Shown here piece by piece: positions 30,501-40,029 of a stretch of 64,000 nt of DNA. How positions within the stretch are numbered: position 1 is the first letter of the stretch; each line of letters begins with the position of its first letter. The notes under the pieces were generated by a model. The model did not search any database, was not told the origin of the DNA, and was given only the letters and a program-made list of their open reading frames with translations. The translations under genes were made by a program, and so were the position numbers. The stretch covers positions 6,151,181 to 6,215,180 of the forward strand of contig OZ242335.1 of the NCBI GenBank assembly GCA_965208425.1. The letters are read 5' to 3'. This DNA comes from Candidatus Poribacteria bacterium. Its GTDB lineage: Bacteria > Poribacteria > WGA-4E > PCPOR2b.

Positions 30501-31579
30501 CGCAAAGACGGCGGAGGCCTGCCCAACAAGACCGCCCACAACCACGACGAAACAGGAGACGCGGAAATCGTTTAATTAACAACATCCATTTCGTTAATGA
30601 CCAAATTGCGTGGGCGGCCGGTGAAGCTGGGCATATCTTCCACACCACAAACGGTGGAAAGACATGGGAACGACAACTCGGTGAGCAACTGGACGATTTC
30701 CGAGATGTACTGTTTCTTAATGACCAACAGGGCTGGATTGCTGGGGATAACGGACTTTTGATAGAAACACAAGATAGTGGAGCTACATGGACTACGCTGC
30801 AAAGCGGATCGCGGCAGCGATTAATTGGTGTTCACTTCCCCAGTCTCGACCCAAAATGGGGCTGGGCGATGCAGCGCGACGGCACAGTTCTCTACACAAC
30901 TGATGGCTCAAACTGGTCGGCTGGGCAGACACCGATGCGCCCCGGTTTCATGGAAGATGACCCACCGAGACCTTTTGCAATCAACGACGTAGCCTTTAGA
31001 CAGTTCTCCGAAGGCTGGGCAGCTGGTGGCGACGGACAGATTATACACAATCAGGATGGTGGACCCATCTGGACGCCACAACGGACATCAACCGGGAAAG
31101 ACCTTTACGGGATCGAGATGAGGTACGCACCGCTTGGATGGGCGGTGGGCGATGACGGCATCGTTCAACGCACCATCAACGGCGGCGGCTACTGGAAATT
31201 CCATGAAACAGATACGGGCTACAGCCTGTATGATGTCTCATTCACTACCAAGCGTAAGGGTTGGGCGGTTGGAGCCTATGGCATCATTCTCCGAACCATC
31301 GGCGGTGGATTTAAGTGGGAACCCTTGTCCAGTGGCGTTACAGCAGACCTTTACAGTGTTACTGTACTGTCTGACGATGAAATCTACGCTGTCGGTGCCA
31401 AAGGTACTATTGTCCGTTCAACGGATGGCGGAAAAACATGGGAGCAAGAGCATACTGATATTGGCAATGACTTGTACCGGATTGTCCGTGCGAAGGAAGG
31501 GGATACGCTCTGGGTTGTTGGACAATGGGGTGTCGTGCTGCGTCGAAAGATTGATGACACAAAGGTGTCAATGCGGTAG
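27512..31579 (+). CDS. YCF48/BNR(Asp-box)-repeat multi-beta-propeller protein, probable lipoprotein
   Basis: Many GW.VG..G.I..T.DGG.TW repeats; LLTSC lipobox-like motif; AGGAG RBS. Confidence 0.85.
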   Translation: MKPIFQHIYQVLIITFAFAVLLTSCRQEATRKADWETHFTDLHFANPKYGWIVGEKGFIIHTNDGGKTWNRQEIETEEDLKAVYFTNLKYGWVVGDNGVIAATDDGGRYWYLQKSRTSGMIRDVIFANSNEGWVVGEDNYVIATKNGGKTWERQNYTSNFPLNGVWFINDQHGWTVGEYERIFHTEDGGKTWQEQTTRHQFARTRLVNDNRRVIFINENEGWLAGTDGSIFHTQNGGAKWDMQDSRIPNINGHVKETVNGIHFVDNKRGLAVADIGFITFTEDGGDNWRLLDSVTENNLMAVQFTSQTEAWAVGWHGTIVHSTDGGHTWTMRSGTTANDLENIQFTSEDRAIAVGQRGAIVVSEDGGQTWQEIDTDIWDNIRNIFFISDKEGWLIGERNMIGHTTDGGRTWERQYAGMGHMLNGVYFVTPKKGWVVGELGTVLFTADGGASWVPQTPTEFNSLKGAFFLNEKEGWVVGWPGVVYHTKNGGLSWTSQTSGTFNELYAVHFTDSNNGWVVGQFGEILRTKDGGQTWRFQPSGVQENLNKVYLADTLHGIIVGDKGTILTTTNGGAKWEKQESGTENDLLGFSLSPEGMVAVGRGGVAMHYSIDPEQLPVTLPPIAEIIETPEIPEEEVTVEEVTYHWDIIRRATWQTDFSDTYFLDEHTGWAVGGGGVIAHTTDSGKTWLPQHSSVEADLYQVMFVDKSHGWITGSRMLLRTEDGGKTWQVVKGVLQNFRRVNTMQFINPKEGWLGVGAAEMLHTADGGLTWERQRTGMNENPIVDLHFINGLEGWAVMLERLDGGAREGGVILHTTDGGEYWKVLDNTNQPAIAVHFADSKSGWVVLRNGVSIATHDGGATWKRVLSDSDSGWPPRRIGRITFQDHQTAWALGGDGRLFITRNSGQTWKGANVPQHESSVNSGIASEEDTDWLALWLEEEGESGNRADDQSNNTNTSEWDQDFAEEFQTEMTDRRQRAGRFTPEGDLGEENGDFSNETQRRRRPAQQDRPQPRRNRRRGNRLINNIHFVNDQIAWAAGEAGHIFHTTNGGKTWERQLGEQLDDFRDVLFLNDQQGWIAGDNGLLIETQDSGATWTTLQSGSRQRLIGVHFPSLDPKWGWAMQRDGTVLYTTDGSNWSAGQTPMRPGFMEDDPPRPFAINDVAFRQFSEGWAAGGDGQIIHNQDGGPIWTPQRTSTGKDLYGIEMRYAPLGWAVGDDGIVQRTINGGGYWKFHETDTGYSLYDVSFTTKRKGWAVGAYGIILRTIGGGFKWEPLSSGVTADLYSVTVLSDDEIYAVGAKGTIVRSTDGGKTWEQEHTDIGNDLYRIVRAKEGDTLWVVGQWGVVLRRKIDDTKVSMR

Positions 31580-31775
31580 CCTGCTGTAATATGAACGCAG
31601 CCACATAAACGGATAGTGATCAATCAAGATTTTTTCGGCTTTGTCTATTTTTTCCGAACTAATGTGAGGTCTATCTGCCTAATGAATCAAATCCGAATCC
31701 GTTCAAACAAGCATCTAAAGGACACAAAATGTTCAAATGGAACATAGACAGATTCGTTAGGAAATAAACCAATCG

Positions 31776-32432
31776 ATGGACATAATCCGAGAAATTTTTG
31801 CTCCATACTCCCTCGCAACGCTAGGGACCATTATTCTCAACCTGATAATCGCATTTGCACTCGGTCTGGTCATTGCTACTGTTTACCGGTGGACCGCCGA
31901 TATGGCAGAAAACGCAATGACTGATGCACTCATCATTCTCTGTATGCTCATTGCGGTCGTTATGGTGGTAATTGGCGATAGTGTGGCGCGTGCCTTCAGT
32001 CTGGTGGGTGCCCTGTCAATTATCCGCTTTCGCACCGTGGTACAGGATGCACGAGATATTGCCTTTGTCTTTTTCTCCTTAGCTGTTGGCATGGCAATCG
32101 GTGCCGGTAATCCGCCTGTGGCTGTTATTGGGACATTTCTGATAAGCGTTGTCATTATTGCACTCCATCGCTGGCATATGGCACCAGCCAATGATGGGGA
32201 TTTTCTCCTGACTTTCCAAATGCCACTTGAGACCGAGCACGAGCAGAGTTATAAACCGATTTTTAGTGAGCAGGTGGCAGCCAGCCAACTCCTCGGTCAG
32301 AGGACAACAAAATCGGAAACCGCTGAACTGAAATTTCATGTAAAATTGAAAGACCCGAAACGCTGGACCGGTTTTGTCCAAGAACTCTCTGCATTAGAAA
32401 ACATCACCGGTGTGAGGTTAGAGAAGCAATAA
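31776..32432 (+). CDS. DUF4956 membrane protein
   Basis: VIGDSVARAFSLVGALSIIRFRT..D.RD..FVF motif. Confidence 0.85.
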   Translation: MDIIREIFAPYSLATLGTIILNLIIAFALGLVIATVYRWTADMAENAMTDALIILCMLIAVVMVVIGDSVARAFSLVGALSIIRFRTVVQDARDIAFVFFSLAVGMAIGAGNPPVAVIGTFLISVVIIALHRWHMAPANDGDFLLTFQMPLETEHEQSYKPIFSEQVAASQLLGQRTTKSETAELKFHVKLKDPKRWTGFVQELSALENITGVRLEKQ

Positions 32433-32467
32433 ATTTTTCCGCAGAAGTTGATAAAGGCATATCAGAG

Positions 32468-33367
32468 ATGAGCAAGAAGATCCTTATATTAATTCTGGTT
32501 GTCGTCGTCAGTGTGCTGCTGATATTCCTTCTGCGCCAAACGCAGCGGTTTGCACATAAACAGAATCCATTATACGGATTGGCACCGATTCAATTGCCAC
32601 ACAAGTCAATCGGTAATATTGCCCCAATCCCGATGCGTGAACTATCGGGGGCGACTTATCACCCACAACGCCAGACCGTGTTTGTTGTCGGCGATGAGGG
32701 GGATATCTACGAGATACGGACCGATGGCGGATTGATACGAAAGGGATTTTTGAAACATACCGACATCGAAGGGATTACAGTCCATCCGGAGACAGGGTTC
32801 CTATACGCCGTAGTTGAAGGGGACGAAGAAATTCTTGAAATTGCCCCTCAAAACTTTCACATCACGCGGAAATTCAACGTTAACCGGCAATTTGAGGGCA
32901 AAGAACTGCTAAAAAAGGGAGGCATGGGATTGGAGGCAATCGCTTTTATTCCAAACGCCTTCCATCCCGAAGGCGGTACATTCTGGGTTGGAAATCAATC
33001 TTTCAGCCTAAAGCAGGGGAAAGAGCCGTCGGTCATCTGTGAAGTCGTTGTGCCGCTCGTTTCGTCAAAGGGCACTTGGGGTGCGGATAAAACCGGAACA
33101 AAGACAGTAGAAGGACAGATTTCTCGTTTTTTTTCGCTTTCAATCATTGATATCTCCGGGCTTGCTTACGATCAGGAACGTCAGTGCCTGCTTGTTATGA
33201 GCGATACGACCAACCTGTTACAAGAGATGACGCTGGAGGGAAACGTACGCCACCAATACCTGATACCGGGACATGATCAGGAAGGAATTGTAATAGACAA
33301 GATGGGGTTTATGTACATCGCCCAAGAAAATGGGGAAGTTATTAAACTCGAAGACCACCGGAATTGA
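32468..33367 (+). CDS. SdiA-regulated (YjiK-like) beta-propeller protein
   Basis: ELSGATY, DIEGIT, GLEAIAF, DISGLAY and DQEGIV repeats; N-terminal anchor. Confidence 0.75.
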   Translation: MSKKILILILVVVVSVLLIFLLRQTQRFAHKQNPLYGLAPIQLPHKSIGNIAPIPMRELSGATYHPQRQTVFVVGDEGDIYEIRTDGGLIRKGFLKHTDIEGITVHPETGFLYAVVEGDEEILEIAPQNFHITRKFNVNRQFEGKELLKKGGMGLEAIAFIPNAFHPEGGTFWVGNQSFSLKQGKEPSVICEVVVPLVSSKGTWGADKTGTKTVEGQISRFFSLSIIDISGLAYDQERQCLLVMSDTTNLLQEMTLEGNVRHQYLIPGHDQEGIVIDKMGFMYIAQENGEVIKLEDHRN

Positions 33368-33401
33368 GCAACCAGGAAAATCTTTTGACAAGGGTATTAC
33401 G

Positions 33402-33944
33402 ATGAAGAATCATGATCGCATTCAAAACCAACTCTCCGCATATTTGGACAATGAGCTAAGTCCAGAACAACGCACGGTTGTCGAAACACATCTGAGCGAA
33501 TGTCGTGAGTGTACCGAGATGCTTGCTGACTTTCAACGAAATCGTCAGTGGATTGGCGCGTTAACGCATGAAGCTCCCCCAATTGCAGACGTAGTTCTCC
33601 CACAGTTGGCAGACCGAGGTCCTGTTCGACGAAAACTGCTCCCCAGCTTTGGTGAACTCTGGGACTGGGTGTGTCGTCCAGCCATCAGTGGTGTTGGGGC
33701 ATTAGCGATGGTTGGCTTGGTTTTGGCGCTCGTCTATTTCAATTTGATGATGCCGGAATCTCAAGATACGTATACTTCCGATTCCCTCGATTTCTACCTG
33801 ACGGTTCACACCGAGGACGCAGTGTACAATCCTTTATACTCATACGCTGTTACCGATTCGTTTAGTGTAGATACCAACGTACCGGACACCACTGTTGAAG
33901 ATAACACCGACTTTCTTCTGGAAGTTCATTTAGGAGATCAATAA
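33402..33944 (+). CDS. Zinc-finger (zf-HC2) transmembrane anti-sigma factor
   Basis: LSAYLDNEL...HLSECREC (HxxxCxxC) plus one TM helix. Confidence 0.88.
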   Translation: MKNHDRIQNQLSAYLDNELSPEQRTVVETHLSECRECTEMLADFQRNRQWIGALTHEAPPIADVVLPQLADRGPVRRKLLPSFGELWDWVCRPAISGVGALAMVGLVLALVYFNLMMPESQDTYTSDSLDFYLTVHTEDAVYNPLYSYAVTDSFSVDTNVPDTTVEDNTDFLLEVHLGDQ

Positions 33945-33946
33945 CC

Positions 33947-35032
33947 ATGATTGCAAAGCCAAGATACATGGATTGGTTATCACCAATCGTGTTTATGCTG
34001 CTGATTTTGATAGCAAATCCGATCGCCGAAGCATCGCCTGAATCGCTGAAGATCCTCAAGCGCATAATGAACGCAGAGGAAAAAGTTGCTTATGCCGGTA
34101 CTCGCATGATTGTTATAAATACGCCGCGTGGGACGGTCGCTCGTGAGGAAGCTGTGATCCATCAACCTCCGGAGATTCATGCCGTCACCGTGTTGCCAAT
34201 TTTGGAAGATGGCCGTTCCCTAAAACCTCGCGATCAAGAACTACACAAAGGTAACGAACGAAATCGACGGGATGGCAGACGCGACGACAGGCGTGGAGAT
34301 CGAAGAAGATTCTCGCTGGATCGGAAACGGATGTCAACCCTTTCTCAAAAAGAGGTCGAACTGCTCGTGCAGAATTATACATTCGATTCGGTTCCCACGG
34401 ATCCGATCGCAGGAAAGGAAACCGATCTGGTAACAGTTTCTCCACGATTTGAGGCACGACCAACAAAACGTCTCTACCTTGCACGCGACACAGGAGTCAT
34501 CTTGCGAATAGAAGACTTTGATGCGGACGGAAACCTCCGTTTTATGTTTGTCTACACACAGATTAGCTTCAAAGAGGAAGCAATCCAGCAGAAGTTAGCC
34601 GAATGGAATCGTAACGGAAAATCCCCGGCTGAAAAAAGACGTCGTCGAAGTCAGCCGATCACGCTCGCTGAAGCGAAAAAGGTGTTGGATAATAAACTCA
34701 TTGAACCTACCTATCTTCCATCCGGTTTTCAACTCCTAGAAGCCCGATATTTCAAGCATCGCTCGGACACAGTCTATCTGCGATATACAGACGGTATGCT
34801 GACTTTTACAGTGTTTGAATCGAAAAGGAAACAGGGAAACAGTCGGAACGGTGAACGGAGGGGCGTGGAACATTTACAGATCCAAGGGATAGAAGCGCGA
34901 CACGAAAAGCGCGGACCAACGCATATTCTACAGTGGCATATTTCTGACCTGAATTTTACGGTGATGGGTGAACTTCACCAAGATGAACTCATAAAAGTTG
35001 CCGAGTCATTGATTCTTGCCGCTAAACAATAA
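33947..35032 (+). CDS. MucB/RseB-like periplasmic regulator
   Basis: Signal peptide; AYAGTR, IAGKET, PTYLPSGF and YTDGMLTFTVFE motifs; follows the anti-sigma gene. Confidence 0.75.
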   Translation: MIAKPRYMDWLSPIVFMLLILIANPIAEASPESLKILKRIMNAEEKVAYAGTRMIVINTPRGTVAREEAVIHQPPEIHAVTVLPILEDGRSLKPRDQELHKGNERNRRDGRRDDRRGDRRRFSLDRKRMSTLSQKEVELLVQNYTFDSVPTDPIAGKETDLVTVSPRFEARPTKRLYLARDTGVILRIEDFDADGNLRFMFVYTQISFKEEAIQQKLAEWNRNGKSPAEKRRRRSQPITLAEAKKVLDNKLIEPTYLPSGFQLLEARYFKHRSDTVYLRYTDGMLTFTVFESKRKQGNSRNGERRGVEHLQIQGIEARHEKRGPTHILQWHISDLNFTVMGELHQDELIKVAESLILAAKQ

Positions 35033-35057
35033 GTCTGTTTACTCTGTTAGGGTCATT

Positions 35058-35165
35058 TATAGTGAATTCAAAAAATAAATAGACACTTTTGCCCCCCGTA
35101 TTTGGTAGGCGCTGTTTGTAACTGCGCCGATTTGGAGTGTCTCATTAATTCTAAGATCCACTATA
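35058..35165. mobile_element. Correia-like MITE (family D, reverse orientation)
   Basis: TATAGTGAATTC...AAGATCCACTATA. Confidence 0.82.
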
Positions 35166-35400
35166 GTTTTACCGTAGGAGGGATCTCCGAATCCCGACAT
35201 CTCACTGTAGGTACGATTCCCCGATTGCGACTTTCCAAACAAAATGGTTAAAAAGCCGAAAACTGAATAGCCCTATTTACTCTGTAGAAGTCCTTGATTT
35301 TATATGGCAGTTGGTTTAGAATTGTATCCTAGAAGGGTATTGGTGTGTGACACCGCAGACAACCAACACAAATCAAGTTTAACAGAGGAAAACAAGACCT

Positions 35401-36360
35401 ATGAGAGATTGGAATCAAAGCATTGTCAGGTATCCAGACCCGTCCATTGAAGAAATTGACTCACGTTTCTCCAAATACAAAATTGGTAACGCAGCAGTAG
35501 AACGACTGTGGACAGGAGCGCGATGGGCGGAGGGACCGGTCTGGTTTGGAGATGGTCGTTATCTGCTTTTCAGTGACATTCCAAACAACCGGATAATGCG
35601 CTGGAGCGAGGAAACGGGTGAAGTCAGCGTTTTCCGCAGTGCTTCCAACAACAGCAACGGCAACACCCGCGACAAACAGGGACGACTCATCACCTGCGAA
35701 CACGGTTCACGCCGAGTCACTCGTACCGAGTATGATGGCAACATTACGGTATTGATCGGCAGCTTTGAGGGCGGACGCTTGAACGCTCCGAATGATGTGA
35801 TCGTTCATCCGGATGGACATGTGTGGTTCACCGATCCCGGATACGGCATCCTCATGAACTATGAAGGACATCGTGCTGAGTTTGAGTTGCCGACCAATGT
35901 CTATCGGCTCAACCCGGATACCGGCGAGGCGACAGTCGTTACGGACGAACTCGACAAACCGAACGGTCTCTGCTTCTCACCCGACTTTTCCAAACTCTAC
36001 ATCTCTGATACCGGCATCTCACACGCCCCTGATCATCCGAGTCATGTCTATGTCTATGATGTCGTGGATAACGCTCGCTTAGCAAACGGTAGACCGTTTT
36101 GCGACATGGGATCAGGGTTCTCGGATGGCATCCGCTGTGATATTGATGGTAACCTCTGGTCAAGTGCGGGTTGGGTAGGTGAAGGGTTCGATGGCGTGCA
36201 TATTTTCGCTCCTGATGGCGATCTCATCGGCAAAATCCATCTCCCGGAGGTCTGCTCGAACGTTTGCTTCGGCGGTGTCAAACGGAACAGGCTGTTCATG
36301 ACCGGCAGTCAATCGCTTTACTCCGTCTATGTAGAAACACAAGGCGCCCAGATCCCATAA
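35401..36360 (+). CDS. SMP-30/gluconolactonase family protein
   Basis: WAEGPVW, FSDIPNNR, NAPNDV, PNGLCFSPD, DGIRCD. Confidence 0.92.
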   Translation: MRDWNQSIVRYPDPSIEEIDSRFSKYKIGNAAVERLWTGARWAEGPVWFGDGRYLLFSDIPNNRIMRWSEETGEVSVFRSASNNSNGNTRDKQGRLITCEHGSRRVTRTEYDGNITVLIGSFEGGRLNAPNDVIVHPDGHVWFTDPGYGILMNYEGHRAEFELPTNVYRLNPDTGEATVVTDELDKPNGLCFSPDFSKLYISDTGISHAPDHPSHVYVYDVVDNARLANGRPFCDMGSGFSDGIRCDIDGNLWSSAGWVGEGFDGVHIFAPDGDLIGKIHLPEVCSNVCFGGVKRNRLFMTGSQSLYSVYVETQGAQIP

Positions 36361-36363
36361 TCA

Positions 36364-36420
36364 GTAGGTCGAAACTCACATCTCGACACGGCGATCGTCG
36401 AGTTTGGAAACTCGACCTAC
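36364..36420. repeat. GTAG-type REP doublet (REPIN-like)
   Basis: GTAGGTCGA...TCGAC ... GTCGAG...CTCGACCTAC; similar unit at 51488. Confidence 0.65.
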
Positions 36421-36436
36421 AAGATTTTTACCCGAT

Positions 36437-36563
36437 TATAGTAAATGCTAAAAATAAATAGACACTTTCGCTCCCCAGTAGGTGCCGTGGTCGGTTGAAA
36501 CGGCGCAGTTGGAAACAGCACCTACCAATTTGGAGTGTCCCATTAATTCTAAGATCTACTATA
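36437..36563. mobile_element. Correia-like MITE (family D, reverse orientation)
   Basis: TATAGTAAATGC...AAGATCTACTATA, between convergent genes. Confidence 0.8.
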
Positions 36564-36597
36564 ATTCTTCAAATTTCATCAGAATAACGGTGCTTGC

Positions 36598-37809
36598 CTA
36601 CATCACGACGGTTTCATGCTGGCGGTAGACCCGATCATAGCGTTCCTGATCGATTTCTATCCCTAACCCCGGCGCGGAAGGCACTTGGTAACAGCCGTTT
36701 TCAAATTCGTATCCCTGCATGTTGTAGAGATCAAAATGCAGGGTCGAATCCTCAGCAATGACAAACCGCTCTGTCACCGCACCGAACTGGATATCACCGC
36801 GTAAACCAATTGCTGCAGCGTTGTAGTTGTGCGGGCAAATCATTGTCGCATAGCCAGAATCTTCGATGTCGCGAGCGAGCGTGTGGAAGGGCCAGAAACC
36901 CATGTCTAACATATCAGGCTGTATGCCATCCAGGAGCCCTTCCTCCATCAGCTGCCAGTAGATCGTATTACGACCACGATGCCCCTCGCCGTCTACCAGC
37001 ATCGTCTCTGGCGACCACCGGTCCCGCCACTCCTTAAGCTTTCGGTAGTCTGCCACGTTCTCAGTGATCATCTCTTCCATCCAGAACGTCTTAGCTGGAC
37101 CCGTTTCACGCACAAAGGTTTCTAGGAGCGGCAATTTGCCATCGTAACCGTTGTTTGCGTCAACAAGGATTTTGATCTCTGGACCCACCGCTTCCCGCAC
37201 AGCGTGCACCACTTCAATGTCACGTGCTACGCCGGCATTCGGCTCAAACCAGCGACCCGGTCGACCAAGTTTCAACTTCATTGCCCGCCAACCGTTGGCG
37301 ACAGCGTCCTTCGCTTCACGAGCCACAGCACTGGCACCCGCTTCGGGGTGCACCATGTCTTGGAAGTAGAGGGTGGAGTCGTAACTTTCAACCCAGTCAC
37401 GAACACGATCGCCCAGCAGACGATATGCGGGAATATCCAGTGCCCGACCCATCAAGTCAAAGATGACGAAATCGATGAAACCGTTCTCTCGTAGTAACTC
37501 CTCCCAGCGAGGGTTCACCCCTGTAACGCGATCTCCGCTTACGCGATAAAACTCGAACACGTCTCTGCCCAGCAGCAACTGGAGTGTGGTGTAGAGTGCC
37601 GTCAACTTGTCCCGGTTCATTGCTGGTCGAGCGTTTGTTACACCGGTGAGACCGCTGTCAGTAGTTACTTGCAGCAGCCATTCACGCTGATTGTGACCAT
37701 AGTTTTCACCCTTCGAGTTACGACCGACAATTCTGCCAATGCCGGGTGCACCGAAGTATGTCTCGACCGGTGCTATCCGAATGTCTTTGATGATGTGTTT
37801 TTCTGACAT
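36598..37809 (-). CDS. Mandelate racemase/muconate lactonizing enzyme family protein
   Basis: KLK, VDANN, WMEE, DGE, QPD and PHN motifs. Confidence 0.85.
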   Translation of the reverse strand: MSEKHIIKDIRIAPVETYFGAPGIGRIVGRNSKGENYGHNQREWLLQVTTDSGLTGVTNARPAMNRDKLTALYTTLQLLLGRDVFEFYRVSGDRVTGVNPRWEELLRENGFIDFVIFDLMGRALDIPAYRLLGDRVRDWVESYDSTLYFQDMVHPEAGASAVAREAKDAVANGWRAMKLKLGRPGRWFEPNAGVARDIEVVHAVREAVGPEIKILVDANNGYDGKLPLLETFVRETGPAKTFWMEEMITENVADYRKLKEWRDRWSPETMLVDGEGHRGRNTIYWQLMEEGLLDGIQPDMLDMGFWPFHTLARDIEDSGYATMICPHNYNAAAIGLRGDIQFGAVTERFVIAEDSTLHFDLYNMQGYEFENGCYQVPSAPGLGIEIDQERYDRVYRQHETVVM

Positions 37810-37842
37810 AGTTTCCTTCGGGTTAGGCAGGACTGAAAAACC

Positions 37843-39024
37843 TCACTCCACCTGCCATTCGTGTAAAGCATACTTTTCTTGGAACAGGTCTTCGTCAATA
37901 GAGATACCGAGTCCGGGGCGTTCCTCCACCTGATATGCTCCGTCCTTGAAAGTGGGAAACGGACCAAAGATGTGGGGGAGGTTGCGTTCGTCCTCCAGCG
38001 ACACGAAGGTTTTAGATGCTGCACCGAACACCAGCGTCGCGAAGGTGCCGAAAGTGCCGTTGCCGAAGTTGTGCGGAATTGAGCGCACTTCTGTTCCGCG
38101 CAACGCCCCTTCAATCTCTATCCAACGGAGGTAACCGGCACCCACGATGTCCGGCTGGTAGCCGTCAATCAGACCGTCTTCGATGAGATGGCGGAAGGTC
38201 TCGCTGATGGGGTCGCGGTCTGTTTCGCCGCACACGAGAAGGGCTTTGGAACCGTGTTTTGCCTGCATCTCTCTCATGGCGCGGTAGCCTGCCACGTCGT
38301 GTGTTATCATCTCCTCCAACCAGTAGATGTTAGCGGGGATCGTCTCCCGAATGAAATCTTCGAGCAGGTCGAGCCGGTCATCATAGCCGAAGTTGGCGTC
38401 AACGTAGATATGGAAATCTTCTCCGACAGCTTCTCGCACGCCCAAAACCACATCGACATCCCGCTGCATACCGGCTTCCGGCATCATCCAACGGCCACCG
38501 CGTCCAGTTTTTATCTTGAGTGCCCGATACCCAGCAGCCTTCGCCTCGGCAGCCTCTTCGGCGACCTGCTTCGCGCCTTTTTCAGGGACAAGGAAATCTT
38601 GGAAGTAGAGTGTAGTGTCATAGGCTGGCACGGCATCTCGCACTTTTCCTCCGAGTAGACTGATAGCGGAAACGTTGTGAGCTTTGCCGTAGAGATCAAA
38701 GGCAAGGGCATCCATCCATCTAGTGCTGCGGAAGGTGCGTGCTACGTCTGTGCCTGGTCCGGTAACAACCCCGTTTTGTACCTGCAGCAGCGAGTCTACT
38801 TCTCTGCCTAACAGCGACGTTTTCAGTAGTTCGAGCAGATCTTCTACCCGTCCCTGCCGTACCGATCGGTTGGCGATGGACACACCTTCTATACCGCCAT
38901 CCGTTCGGGCGCGTACGATCCATTCCAGTCGTTGTTTACCAATGTTATCTGAAAATGCGTTTTTGCCTAGCTCCTTTGGGTAATACGAAGGAACCGGTGT
39001 TACAGATATGTCTGTGATTTTCAT
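37843..39024 (-). CDS. Mandelate racemase/enolase superfamily protein (tandem paralog)
   Basis: KIK, VDANF, WLEE, CGE, QPD and PHN motifs; shares YD.TLYFQD with its neighbour. Confidence 0.85.
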   Translation of the reverse strand: MKITDISVTPVPSYYPKELGKNAFSDNIGKQRLEWIVRARTDGGIEGVSIANRSVRQGRVEDLLELLKTSLLGREVDSLLQVQNGVVTGPGTDVARTFRSTRWMDALAFDLYGKAHNVSAISLLGGKVRDAVPAYDTTLYFQDFLVPEKGAKQVAEEAAEAKAAGYRALKIKTGRGGRWMMPEAGMQRDVDVVLGVREAVGEDFHIYVDANFGYDDRLDLLEDFIRETIPANIYWLEEMITHDVAGYRAMREMQAKHGSKALLVCGETDRDPISETFRHLIEDGLIDGYQPDIVGAGYLRWIEIEGALRGTEVRSIPHNFGNGTFGTFATLVFGAASKTFVSLEDERNLPHIFGPFPTFKDGAYQVEERPGLGISIDEDLFQEKYALHEWQVE

Positions 39025-39318
39025 TGTTTGTATTCTGCACGTTTGTTATTCCAAGATTAAGTTTCAATTTTCACTGCCTATCAGTTAAAAACTTTAGACA
39101 TTTTACTAGTACTCCCACATCACGGTCAATAAAAATATTGGGATTATATGCGCTACTAGATAAGTGAGAGGTGTGCATGATTGTTGTCTGAATCAGGATT
39201 CTCAGGATTTAAGGATTTACAGGAGGCTATGACTGAAGCTGATGCCTATGCGTATCCGCGGCGAGGGCATAAGGGTTGTTTGAATAACAGATTAAACAGA
39301 TCACTCACACGACACGGA

Positions 39319-39411
39319 CGCTCATGTGGAAGAAACTGTGCTAAGAAACCAAGTTTTGCAGAAAAAACTCGGTTTCTCTGAACTGTTCTGCACTTTCTTT
39401 TGATATGGGCG
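39319..39411. mobile_element. MITE family C
   Basis: CGCTCATG...ATGGGCG ends with the central palindrome. Confidence 0.7.
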
Positions 39412-39556
39412 AACCTATTACCTATTTATGTACACCCCTCAAATAAGCGTTGTATGCGCGGACAATATGCGTGAGAAATGAAGATTGAGGATTTATGTTG
39501 ACGCGGATTTGCGAATGCGTATAATGTGAAATAATCTACTAAGCAATAGGGAAAAA

Positions 39557-39988
39557 ATGGTCGAAAAGCAAAAAGTGCTGTTTCTGTGTACAGGGAACTC
39601 GTGCCGGAGTCAAATGGCGGAAGGCTTTTTGAGGGATATAGCTGGCGATCGCTTCAAGGTCTATAGTGCGGGGCTGAAGCCATCAGCCGTTAATCCGTTG
39701 GCAATCAAGGCGATGGATGGTGTCGGGGTTGATATTTCATCGCATACCTCTGATTCGCTCAATAAATACCTCGACCAAAATTTCCATCATCTGATTACTG
39801 TCTGCGACCATGCGAAGGAGAGTTGTCCAATTTTCCCTAGTGCTGGAGAAAGTCATCATTGGGGATTTGACGATCCGGCGGAGGCGGAAGGGACCGAATC
39901 GGAACGGTTCACCGTTTTTTGTCGAGTCTGCAATGAGATTCAGGAAAAAATCCAACAGTGGTTAAAGACGCTTGCCCCATCTCAATAG
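39557..39988 (+). CDS. arsC: Thioredoxin-type arsenate reductase (LMW-PTP fold)
   Basis: CTGNSCRSQMAEG, TVCDHAKESCP, HWGFDDP; TTGACG/TATAAT promoter at about 39498-39525. Confidence 0.88.
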   Translation: MVEKQKVLFLCTGNSCRSQMAEGFLRDIAGDRFKVYSAGLKPSAVNPLAIKAMDGVGVDISSHTSDSLNKYLDQNFHHLITVCDHAKESCPIFPSAGESHHWGFDDPAEAEGTESERFTVFCRVCNEIQEKIQQWLKTLAPSQ

Positions 39989-40029
39989 GATGGAATCTCC
40001 ACATTCAACCGAGAAAGACAGGGGAGACA

